The position numbers and the translations under genes are program-made. Of a stretch of 64,000 nucleotides of DNA, positions 55,938 through 64,000 are shown piece after piece. The number at the start of each line of letters is the position of its first letter. The first letter of the stretch is position 1. This DNA comes from Thermoplasmatota archaeon (GTDB lineage: Archaea; Thermoplasmatota; Penumbrarchaeia; JASLWR01): contig JASLWR010000009.1 in the NCBI GenBank assembly GCA_030740765.1, positions 1,905-65,904 on the forward strand, written 5' to 3'. The notes under the pieces are model-generated. The model was not told where the DNA came from, did not search any database, and was given only the letters and a program-made list of their open reading frames with translations.

Positions 55938-57059
55938 CTAACGCCCTTTTCCATTCTTACGAGTTCTCCATCCACCAAATATGGGTTTGCATTTTATTGA
56001 CAGGTCCATCCTTTTTGTACCCATGATTCTCATGGCAAGATCAAGAGTCCAATCACTCTTGAAAGACAGGTCGGCAAGTCTTTTAGTCATCAATGCAGTC
56101 TTGAGCTCTCTGCCCACAGCTTGCCTCCACTCTGTCTCGTAATCTTCAAGCGGTGATTCGGAATTGATATGTCTTCCTATGACGTTCCCCGCGATCCTTC
56201 CGCATATCATGGCAATGGGAATACCACCGCCGTTGGTGGCCATGACATGACCTGCGGCGTCCCCTACCACTATAACATTTCCCTTCACAGTTTGAGGTAT
56301 GGGTCCCGAGACAGGTACATGACCTGCACTCCAAAATCTCGGTTTTGCATTTATATCAATGGATTTGAGAAATTTTAGCAACAGGGATTTAAGTGGAACT
56401 TTACTCTTTTTCTGCACTCCTAATCCGATATTTGCCCCCGTTGCTTTCGGAATGACCCATGCATAACCTCCCGGTGCAACGCTGCCGAAATACATTTCCA
56501 CGGTGGGTTCAAAATCGCCCGGTATTTCACACAATATGCAGGGAGACAGTTTCTTTGGGCCTCGTAATCCCATCCATCCTGCAACCTTGGAGAAAGGACC
56601 GTCAGCACCTACTATTACTTTTGAGATGAAATCCCCCCCATTGGTTATTACCCTGTGGCCATCGATGCCCGTAACTTTAACATCCGTCCTTAGCTCTGCC
56701 CCCATCTTGACGGCCTTCTCTACAAGATATTTATCAAACTCCCTTCGCTCAACCGAGAATCCATTGAATTTTAATTCATAGCATTTTCTCTTGGAGGAGA
56801 ATATTTTAATGGAGGTGGTCCTTTTAGAGATTAATTTTTCTTTTATAGCAAACAATTCTCCTAAATTATTTACCTTTGGTAATATCTCCCGAATCTCATC
56901 AACGGTAGGTAAAAATTCACCACACTGTACGGGATATCCTATTTCCTTTTTTTTTTCTAGAATTAAGACATTTAATTTATTTTTGGCTGCATAGTAAGCA
57001 GTGGTGCTGCCCGCGGGCCCCGCTCCAATTACAATGACATCATATCTATCCATGACCAT
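55938..57059 (-). CDS. geranylgeranyl reductase family FAD-dependent oxidoreductase (digeranylgeranylglycerophospholipid reductase-like)
   Basis: N-terminal FAD dinucleotide-binding motif YDVIVIGAGPAGSTTAYYAA and GGR family blocks (PVQCGEF, VVGDAAGHV). Confidence 0.85.
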   Translation of the reverse strand: MVMDRYDVIVIGAGPAGSTTAYYAAKNKLNVLILEKKKEIGYPVQCGEFLPTVDEIREILPKVNNLGELFAIKEKLISKRTTSIKIFSSKRKCYELKFNGFSVERREFDKYLVEKAVKMGAELRTDVKVTGIDGHRVITNGGDFISKVIVGADGPFSKVAGWMGLRGPKKLSPCILCEIPGDFEPTVEMYFGSVAPGGYAWVIPKATGANIGLGVQKKSKVPLKSLLLKFLKSIDINAKPRFWSAGHVPVSGPIPQTVKGNVIVVGDAAGHVMATNGGGIPIAMICGRIAGNVIGRHINSESPLEDYETEWRQAVGRELKTALMTKRLADLSFKSDWTLDLAMRIMGTKRMDLSIKCKPIFGGWRTRKNGKGR

Positions 57060-57111
57060 CCCGTTGATTCAGATATTTTATTATTTCAATTATCTATTGA
57101 TCCGATGGCGA

Positions 57112-58092
57112 TCAATAATTTCTCCCTATGGTGAACTCTGCAAGGTATTTTAATTTGGATTTCCACTTGGAATCAGGTAAATTATCGATGGATCCTATTG
57201 CTATATCAGCGTATTTTTTACCCATGTTTCTGGCAAAATCAACTGACTGCGTATTTTTTATGATATCTATGGCCTCCGAGACCCCTTGGTTGGTATTATC
57301 AGTTTTTAGAAGCACTTCTTTTAATCTCTCTCTTTGAAGAGGCGAAGCATGCTTCAGTGCATGTATGGATAATATGGTGAGTTTTCCCTCGGATATGTCC
57401 TTACCAACAGATTTTCCTGTTTTGGTATTAATCCCGATCACATCCAATATATCATCCATTATCTGAAATGCTATCCCCATGTTTAAACCAAAATCGGCAA
57501 GAATTTTTATCTGTGATCCGGTTCCACCGGCCATTATCCCACCGGCCTTGGCACTGGCGGATATAGGGCCCGCGGTCTTCTTCTCAATGATGTCGAGATA
57601 TTTTTTTTCCGTAAGATCAATGTTCATAATATTCTGGGATTGGATGATCTCCCCTACAGCCAATCCTATGGAAGCATCTAATATCACATCCCTGATTTCT
57701 TTTTTATATTCACTCCCGATTTCGAACGCCTTGGCAAAGAGATAATCCCCTGTGACAAGGGAATTGGTCGTACCAAACTTCTGGTGTGCTGTCAGCTTGC
57801 CGTGGCGCAGTATGCTTCCATCGTTGATATCATCGTGGAGAATAGTGCCGGTATGAATAAGCTCAAAGGCAGCTGCCAAAGGTGCGACCTTCGAAATATC
57901 TTCTCCGCGTAGTGCTTTGAATGATAGAAGAAATAATCCCGGTCGAATTCTCTTTCCACCGGCATCAATTACATGGCGGGCCACTTCATTTATGGTGGAG
58001 ATACCACAATCGATCCTCTCTCTTATCTGCTCCTCTACAAGGTCCAATTCCTCATATATACCCAGGTCTAAATCCAGCATATCCAGGGTCAT
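57112..58092 (-). CDS. polyprenyl diphosphate synthase (trans-isoprenyl diphosphate synthase; GGPP or longer-chain synthase)
   Basis: First DDxxD (ILHDDINDGS) and second DDxxD (FQIMDDILD) aspartate-rich motifs. Confidence 0.85.
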   Translation of the reverse strand: MTLDMLDLDLGIYEELDLVEEQIRERIDCGISTINEVARHVIDAGGKRIRPGLFLLSFKALRGEDISKVAPLAAAFELIHTGTILHDDINDGSILRHGKLTAHQKFGTTNSLVTGDYLFAKAFEIGSEYKKEIRDVILDASIGLAVGEIIQSQNIMNIDLTEKKYLDIIEKKTAGPISASAKAGGIMAGGTGSQIKILADFGLNMGIAFQIMDDILDVIGINTKTGKSVGKDISEGKLTILSIHALKHASPLQRERLKEVLLKTDNTNQGVSEAIDIIKNTQSVDFARNMGKKYADIAIGSIDNLPDSKWKSKLKYLAEFTIGRNY

Positions 58093-58195
58093 AATATTTA
58101 CTATGTATATAATGGTTTTTCTTAGGAATCAATATATATCGAGTAATATATATTCATGTCCTATTCATGCTTAACTTCAGTTCACCGGATATTTA

Positions 58196-59311
58196 GTGGC
58201 AATTCACATGACTGAGTTCACCTACTGGAGACGATGGCGTACGATTCTCGGTGCCGCCAATCCTCTTCCAGGCGCGCCACTTGACCCCGTGAGCAAATGG
58301 ATGCTCATTACGAGAGCCTATGTCCACAATATGACCCTGGTCTCCGCCTTGATTGGAATGATGCTTGCAATTCAAGTCGGTAACGGGGTTGTTAATCCTG
58401 TGGAGGCTATTATTGTCGTTATAGGTCTGGTACTGGCCCATGCTGCCAATAACATGATCAACGATTTCTTTGACTTTATGCACGGAGTTGATACTGATGA
58501 TTACCCCAGGTTGAAATACGGGCCACATCCAATCGTTCACAAGCTGATAAGTAAGAAAGGGCTTTTGGGACTCGTATTTCTATGTAACCTTGTTGACCTA
58601 TTGATCGCTATTTACTTCTACCAGAAGGTTGGAATAGAAATCCTGTACTTTGTTTTTGCAGGGATACTCATTTCGGTCTTCTATGTGGCTAAACCTGTTC
58701 GTTTGAAGAATCTTGGGCTTGGGGAGCTTGGGATTTTTCTGATTTGGGGCCCTTTGATGGTTGGGGGCACCTTTCTTGCATTGACCGGGGACAATTCCAA
58801 TGGAGAAATGCTCTACGATGCTATGCTGTTCTCAGTGCCATATGGACTCGTGGTCATGGCCGTGGTTATGGGAAAACATATGGATAAATATCATGATGAT
58901 CGCGAAAAACCTGTCCATACCTTGCCGGTACTGATCGGTCTTCCAGCATCATCTCGCATCACACAATTTCTCATTCTGTTTTTCTTTCCGGCTACGGCAT
59001 TTATAGTTTGGCAGGGACACTCCCTATTCCTACTTGTTGTGTTTTTCGCGCTACCTAGAGCCATACGGTCAATCAAAATGATCGGAAGGCCCGTTCCAGG
59101 TACTCCCCAAGAAGCATTCGGAATAGCCTATGATGCCATACCAAACCATCTTAAAAAAGGATATACGCCGGATAACCCCCCGGACCATTATCCGATCTGG
59201 CCACTTTGGTATGTTGCATGGGCATTTCACTTTGTGAGGCTGGGTGGTGCCCTTTTCGTACTTGGGCTGGTGATGGATACATTGATTTCAACAGGAATAA
59301 TCCCGTTATGA
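58196..59311 (+). CDS. UbiA-family aromatic prenyltransferase (MenA-like 1,4-dihydroxy-2-naphthoate polyprenyltransferase)
   Basis: AANNMINDFFDFMHGVDTDD matches the NxxxDxxxD UbiA/MenA motif. 8-9 TM helices. Confidence 0.65.
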   Translation: MAIHMTEFTYWRRWRTILGAANPLPGAPLDPVSKWMLITRAYVHNMTLVSALIGMMLAIQVGNGVVNPVEAIIVVIGLVLAHAANNMINDFFDFMHGVDTDDYPRLKYGPHPIVHKLISKKGLLGLVFLCNLVDLLIAIYFYQKVGIEILYFVFAGILISVFYVAKPVRLKNLGLGELGIFLIWGPLMVGGTFLALTGDNSNGEMLYDAMLFSVPYGLVVMAVVMGKHMDKYHDDREKPVHTLPVLIGLPASSRITQFLILFFFPATAFIVWQGHSLFLLVVFFALPRAIRSIKMIGRPVPGTPQEAFGIAYDAIPNHLKKGYTPDNPPDHYPIWPLWYVAWAFHFVRLGGALFVLGLVMDTLISTGIIPL

Positions 59312-59436
59312 ACTATCCCCGCCTATGCAGCTACCTTCAGGCTCTATGCTTTCATCGCCACATTGATGTGTGTCGCCTATGTACCGAGGTTCTTTGGAAT
59401 ATCTTTTTGATTTTTATCAGAAAAAATATTTCAGGA

Positions 59437-60375
59437 TTATAGCTGTCCTGAATAATACAATAGGAAAAGCATGGTTCCCAAACCCGAAACAATGCTTACG
59501 AGAACCAATGCGGCTACGATATTGGAATAAGTGGGTTTTCTAAGGAAGATCAAATAGATCAGGGGCGGCATAACCAGAAAAGGCCAGGTTTTGGAAAGTA
59601 TCGGGCGGGTTAATACATGATCGAACCATCCTTCTATTATCAAGGATGCAAAGCCCGTCGTTAGAAAAATATGAGCCAAAATAATGGTTCTCCGAGGTCC
59701 TATGCGCACTGCCAATGTTTTTACTCCATGGGCTTTGTCTACATCATAATCTGCCACAGTTGTAGGAGCATATAGTCCCCCGATTATAACGACTATGGAT
59801 AGCAAAAAATATATGGGAAAATCAAAAACATTCCCCCCTCCGATGATCCAACCTCCCAATGGGCATAAGAATCCTATACCTATCATATTAATGGCTATAT
59901 CAAAGCCGCCTACTGCTTTGAGTTTGATAGACGGATGTGAGTATAAGAGAGATAATATTATGACGAGTATAACTATCAAGGAAAATTGTACTGACAATAT
60001 GAATGCCAAAAACAGTCCCAATAATCCCAAAGCGTAGGAAGAGTATAGTATTGTTTTTGGCTCGATAATACCCTTGAGAAGAGGGGAAGTTTTTTTACGC
60101 CGATGTTCATTATCGATTAGCATATCGCTGTAATCGTTGAACAGAAATGTAAACCCTCCCAATAATGGGCCTATAGTGACCAAACCCAAAATTCCACGGG
60201 TGTCCGGGTAGATTTGGTGGCTGGCAATGGCCCACCCTATATAGAACGGGCCCAAAGCCACTATCCAAAACTCAATACCTACGAAGTGCAGTATCGATAA
60301 AATAAGTTTTGGCAGGGAGTCTCGATTACCATTACCTTTATCGTTTTTTACCATATCACTTGATAAAGTAAACAC
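59437..60375 (-). CDS. UbiA-family prenyltransferase (second paralog; DGGGP-synthase-like or quinone prenyltransferase)
   Basis: FLFNDYSDMLIDNEHR aspartate-rich motif in a polytopic membrane protein. Confidence 0.65.
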   Translation of the reverse strand: MFTLSSDMVKNDKGNGNRDSLPKLILSILHFVGIEFWIVALGPFYIGWAIASHQIYPDTRGILGLVTIGPLLGGFTFLFNDYSDMLIDNEHRRKKTSPLLKGIIEPKTILYSSYALGLLGLFLAFILSVQFSLIVILVIILSLLYSHPSIKLKAVGGFDIAINMIGIGFLCPLGGWIIGGGNVFDFPIYFLLSIVVIIGGLYAPTTVADYDVDKAHGVKTLAVRIGPRRTIILAHIFLTTGFASLIIEGWFDHVLTRPILSKTWPFLVMPPLIYLIFLRKPTYSNIVAALVLVSIVSGLGTMLFLLYYSGQL

Positions 60376-60568
60376 CTCCTTTGTTTGGATTTGAATATTC
60401 TTTAAAAGTTATTTATTATCGGTGCTATACACGATCCCAGGATTCTTCCGAATATACGTTATGGTCTTTGTCTCGTGAGTCAATGAACAACCCACATTTG
60501 CCCGTTATCACTCCGTTGCTCGCTCTGCTACGCAACACCTTTGAGGCGTTGCTGCACCCTCAGCATCC

Positions 60569-63280
60569 TCAGATGGCTCTAGCCACGATCTCAGCCACAT
60601 CTATTATGTTGATGTTACGCTTCTCACCTGCGTTCTTGAGTTCCTTTTTCATATCTTTTGCCACCGGTGACATCTGGTTCTTGCAGTTGTTGCACATCGA
60701 GGCAATGGTGGTAGCGCCAAGCTCCAGACCGGCGCTAATACGCTGTCTGGTTATCTCGGTGCTTATGTCATAATCCACCGCTTTCAATCCTCCGCCGCCC
60801 CCGCAACAGTCCGAGTTCCTCTTATTGTTCTCGAACTCCAGGAGTTCCAGACCCGGAACGCTATTCAGTATGAATCGGGGATCTTCGTAGACACCCCTTC
60901 CGAGTTCAAGCTCTGGGATGCGACCCAATTCACAAGGGTCGTGATAGATGACGGGATTTTTCTTGGATTGGAACTTGCGGGTCAGCTTGAGTTTGCCGTT
61001 ACGGATAAGCCTTGCTATAAGTTCAGATGTATGGAGCATCTCGTAATCGTAATCAACGAATTTTTTGTATTTATTAAGGGCCCTGTAGCATCCGGGACAT
61101 CCTGTGACAACCGTACGAGCTCCACGCTTTTCGACCTGGCCTATGTTGTAACGGGCCAAATCTTCGAAGTTTTCCGGTTGTCCTGTGAACAGGTTGATAG
61201 CTCCACAGCACTTTTCATCCGGACCCAGTGTGGTGAAATTCAACCCCGCCTTGGTGAATATTTTCAGGTAGCTAAAGAGCAGTTTATACTCGTGGTATGC
61301 TGTCATGCAACCAACGAAATAGACCACATCCGCCTTTTCTGGGAGCTTGTAGTCATCCCTGTACCATTCATCTCTCTTCTCCCTGGGTTCTTGGAAAGGG
61401 TTCCAATAAGTAGAGTCGAATATTGATTTGTACATATTCACTGCGTTTTTGGGAGGTCCGTGTCCTTTCTTGGCCATCCAATGACGAATCTCTTCCCAGT
61501 ACTCGTGGAACTTGATGTTCACATGACATATGGTCTCGCACTTGGAGCAAAGAGTGCAATACATCTTTTCGACCCATTCCTCATCAGGAAGAAAACCTAC
61601 CCCGGTCCTGTCGTTAATAGCATCATTGTTGGTCAAATACTGTTTGATTTGATAGAGCTTCCCATGTGGTGATGCCGTATCGACCCTGCGTGTTTTGAAC
61701 ATCGGGCAGACGGTCTTACAGTAACCGCACTGTGCGCAAGCATATACATCCCATAAATGTAGACCATTGTCCGAATTTTGTTTCTTGAGCCCGGCAGTTA
61801 TCTTCTCATTGACCTTATATCCATCCAATGGACGTTTGTACGGCAGAGCCCATGAGGCCATCTTCAGCATTGGACCCGATGTCATCATCATGCCCTTGAG
61901 AAGCAGTGGGGAGGATAAGGCGGGTGTTATCAATTTCCCCGGGTTCATTATGTTTGACGGGTCGTTTTTTATTTTGAACTTTTTAATACGTGAATATCTT
62001 TCTTTACCATAGAAGTTCTTTACCTCGAGGGGGAGGAATATCCCGGTCTGGTAGGTTCTGCCCTTGTACTTTTTCGCAAGGGATAGGAACCTGATGGGAA
62101 ATCCCCAGCCAAATGCATAGTCGAAAGTTCTTTCGTCATGGAGCATGAATGCTAAAAGGCTTGCTTCGGACCTGTTTGCCAGTGTTCCCTCGAGAGCAAT
62201 CGGTTCTTTGCCAAACTTTTTCTCGAAATGTTTAAGAAAATCCGCCAATTTCTCCAATGGCATGTACACCTCGCCCGGTATCAGTGAAGGTCCGATGGCC
62301 TTTATCCTCATGGGATAGAACCTGTTCTCCCACTTATGAGAGGCGAGCTTTTTGTCTCCGATCTCGCCTTTTCCTTTCGCGGCCAGTATTTTCTTGAGCT
62401 TGCCCCCTTCCTTCAAGTACTTGCTCTTAGGCATGGCGACCAAAAGTACATACTTTTCCAAGGGGAGATGCAAATTTCCCTCACCTTCGCCTTCCGCTTC
62501 CCTCTCCATCTCGATACATTTAGGAGAGTTGAGCCCCATTGACCACAAAGAGAGCTTGCTTCTCGCAAGTTCTTGGATAACTCGTGCTATATCCTCGGCA
62601 GTGTCGTACCAGCTGAGAACGGGGATCGTCTCATCTAAATCCCTCAGCTTGAATGTGACCTGGGTTATGAAGCCGGTTATCCCCTCGCAGTCGGCCACAA
62701 CATCGAGGTCGCTTCCTCGAATTTCCACGAGTTCTTTTAGGGGATTGAGGAGTTTCAGGGATTCGATGTTGTCCCTTATGGACCCGAATTGGAAGCTGCC
62801 GATGCCGATGCCGCCCTGCGCGACCCAGCCCCCGACCGTTGACGATAGTGAGCTGGTTGGATAGATCCGAAGCGATAATCCACTCTTATTTAGTTCCTTT
62901 TCCAATGGATCCCAGATTATCCCGGGTTCAACTGTGACCGTCTTCTTCTTTCCGTCGATCTCTATAATTCCATCCATGCGATTGAAGTCCACAACGATAC
63001 CGCCCATAACAGGTACGGCACCCCCGACACCCGAGGTGCCGGACCCTCTGGGAACCAGGGGTATCTCATATTTATTGGCTGCATCGAGAAGATACTTTAG
63101 TTCGTCCGTCGTGATCGGCTGGACAATGGCTTCTGGCATCCTTTTTAGTAGTAGATTGATCTCCCCTGGCAAAGCCCCTACATCGTGGGAATACGGCAGC
63201 ATCTCATTATAACTGAACACGGCACGGTCACCAAAATGTCCCTTAAGTTCCTCTTTTAGTTCCTCTTTCATTTTCTTCAT
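60569..63280 (-). CDS. fusion of an FAD-linked oxidase (FAD_binding_4, GlcD/D-lactate-dehydrogenase-like) with a GlcF/HdrD-like [4Fe-4S] + CCG-domain module
   Basis: PCMH-type FAD domain (PLVPRGSGTSGVGGAVP). Two ferredoxin-like CxxCxxC...CP motifs (CAQCGYCKTVCP, CTLCSKCETICH). Two CCG cysteine-rich domains (FVGCMT...KCCG; HDPCELG...DCCGGGGG). Confidence 0.8.
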   Translation of the reverse strand: MKKMKEELKEELKGHFGDRAVFSYNEMLPYSHDVGALPGEINLLLKRMPEAIVQPITTDELKYLLDAANKYEIPLVPRGSGTSGVGGAVPVMGGIVVDFNRMDGIIEIDGKKKTVTVEPGIIWDPLEKELNKSGLSLRIYPTSSLSSTVGGWVAQGGIGIGSFQFGSIRDNIESLKLLNPLKELVEIRGSDLDVVADCEGITGFITQVTFKLRDLDETIPVLSWYDTAEDIARVIQELARSKLSLWSMGLNSPKCIEMEREAEGEGEGNLHLPLEKYVLLVAMPKSKYLKEGGKLKKILAAKGKGEIGDKKLASHKWENRFYPMRIKAIGPSLIPGEVYMPLEKLADFLKHFEKKFGKEPIALEGTLANRSEASLLAFMLHDERTFDYAFGWGFPIRFLSLAKKYKGRTYQTGIFLPLEVKNFYGKERYSRIKKFKIKNDPSNIMNPGKLITPALSSPLLLKGMMMTSGPMLKMASWALPYKRPLDGYKVNEKITAGLKKQNSDNGLHLWDVYACAQCGYCKTVCPMFKTRRVDTASPHGKLYQIKQYLTNNDAINDRTGVGFLPDEEWVEKMYCTLCSKCETICHVNIKFHEYWEEIRHWMAKKGHGPPKNAVNMYKSIFDSTYWNPFQEPREKRDEWYRDDYKLPEKADVVYFVGCMTAYHEYKLLFSYLKIFTKAGLNFTTLGPDEKCCGAINLFTGQPENFEDLARYNIGQVEKRGARTVVTGCPGCYRALNKYKKFVDYDYEMLHTSELIARLIRNGKLKLTRKFQSKKNPVIYHDPCELGRIPELELGRGVYEDPRFILNSVPGLELLEFENNKRNSDCCGGGGGLKAVDYDISTEITRQRISAGLELGATTIASMCNNCKNQMSPVAKDMKKELKNAGEKRNINIIDVAEIVARAI

Positions 63281-63342
63281 CTCGATATCCTCCCGCCTTT
63301 ATGATCGCAACCGTTTTTTCTCATTTGACAATATGCTATGTA

Positions 63343-63777
63343 TCATGGCTGGTCCTCCACCACAGTGATTTGTCCCTGCGTATTCAAATGTCCTGAACCA
63401 CATATTACTGTACACATGAAATTAAAGACCCCCACCTTGTCGGCCTTGAATCTGATCGTAGTGGTCTTATCGAACGGAAGTACATCTGAGATCTCATAGC
63501 CCTCCAGGTAAAAACCGTGCATTGTGAATCCGGGCTCCAATTCGCCGCTGGAGTTTATCTTTAAAACGACCAAGGTGTCCTTGACCACTGTGATATTATT
63601 TGGAGTAAACTCGAACTGGGTAGCATTCATATAAATGATCTCGCCGTCTTCCCAGTTGGTCCCTTCAGCAATAAATTTAACATATCCGTTGAAACCGAAA
63701 TATATTAAGAGAACTACAAAAAAGAACGTGATTGGCGGGAATTTCAGTCCCTGTATGATCTTCTTTCCTATGGTCAT
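63343..63777 (-). CDS. membrane-anchored cupredoxin with a CuA-type (COX2-like) copper site
   Basis: N-terminal TM, then HGFYLEGY...FMCTVICGSGHLNTQ. This gives H...C-x3-C-x3-H as in CuA, but with Gln where Met is expected. Confidence 0.6.
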   Translation of the reverse strand: MTIGKKIIQGLKFPPITFFFVVLLIYFGFNGYVKFIAEGTNWEDGEIIYMNATQFEFTPNNITVVKDTLVVLKINSSGELEPGFTMHGFYLEGYEISDVLPFDKTTTIRFKADKVGVFNFMCTVICGSGHLNTQGQITVVEDQP

Positions 63778-63780
63778 TTA

Positions 63781-64000
63781 CATCACTTCGATAATATCGG
63801 CTTTTACTGTTTCGGCTTTCCAAATGAAGCCAAAATATTCCTTTCTCACGTACCCGTCCTTATCGATGAGAACGGCGAGCATTGTATGGTGGTAGGTTTC
63901 GTTTTCGGTTTTATTGTAATAGACATTGTAGTCGCCCATCACTTTGCCAATGGATTCATTGTCTCCCGTGAGGAACTGCCAACTGGTGAAGTTGGCACCG
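63781..64000 (-). CDS. SCO1/SenC-family copper chaperone (thioredoxin-like), C-terminal part; N-terminus beyond the window end
   Basis: Reverse translation ...FTSWQFLTGDNESIGKVMGDYNVYYNKTENETYHHTMLAVLIDKDGYVRKEYFGFIWKAETVKADIIEVM* matches the SCO1 C-terminal consensus (FLTG...F.VYY.....Y.VDHS..LID.DG). Confidence 0.55.

Noticed and set aside
1-64000. Stop-codon reassignment (e.g. amber/Pyl or TAA read-through)
   Set aside because: TAA, TAG and TGA all terminate well-supported genes in the window (arsM ends TAA; the alpha subunit ends TGA). The single in-frame TAA at 14765-14767 is better explained by gene decay or sequencing error.

Overview
This 64-kb window is most consistent with an accessory-rich region of an archaeal genome, plausibly a Thermoplasmatota-like euryarchaeon. 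The lineage assignment is inference; it rests on a geranylgeranyl reductase, UbiA-family prenyltransferases, many membrane proteins with C-terminal zinc-ribbon tails, VapBC and AbrB-like cassettes, and an archaeal-type AAA ATPase. Coding density is high and most genes lie on the minus strand. Modules, in order: (1) 1-4.1 kb: a flavin-reductase-like fragment, an FAH-family hydrolase, an arsenite methyltransferase (ArsM) and an adjacent PiT phosphate/arsenate permease. (2) 4.9-13.8 kb: an accessory island containing two paralogous Zn-ribbon/AbrB-like two-gene cassettes, a VapBC pair, an AAA+ ATPase, a large PEP-binding (PPDK_N) protein and a rhodanese. These are interleaved with three families of non-coding repeats: a near-identical 56-bp hairpin (R2), a ~190-nt structured element (R1) and a ~110-bp element (R3) that also lies inside two large ORFs. 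(3) 14-21 kb: a degenerate ABC ATPase, an ABC-2 transporter and a 1417-aa PQQ/FG-GAP beta-propeller surface protein. (4) 21-37 kb: small regulators, a family of four paralogous C-terminal zinc-ribbon proteins, a cysteine synthase, an FG-GAP protein, a formylglycine-generating-enzyme (FGE) protein, a VIT-VWA protein and an IS200-type element. (5) 38-55 kb, the most notable system: a Tat-exported type-II DMSO-reductase-family molybdoenzyme with alpha, beta, gamma and delta subunits, whose alpha subunit is NXR/pNar-like and carries an unusual C-x3-D-x3-C FS0 motif. It is followed by three secreted or membrane proteins that each carry a single N-terminal CXXCH motif, fused respectively to FN3 repeats, a ferric-reductase-like di-heme-b transmembrane domain, and Ig-like repeats plus DOMON plus cytochrome b561. 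Together these form a candidate, apparently undescribed, extracytoplasmic electron-transfer module. (6) 56-64 kb: an isoprenoid/quinone gene set (GGR, polyprenyl synthase, two UbiA prenyltransferases), an FAD-oxidase/HdrD-like fusion, a CuA-type cupredoxin and a partial SCO1. No rRNA, tRNA or CRISPR array was recognised.
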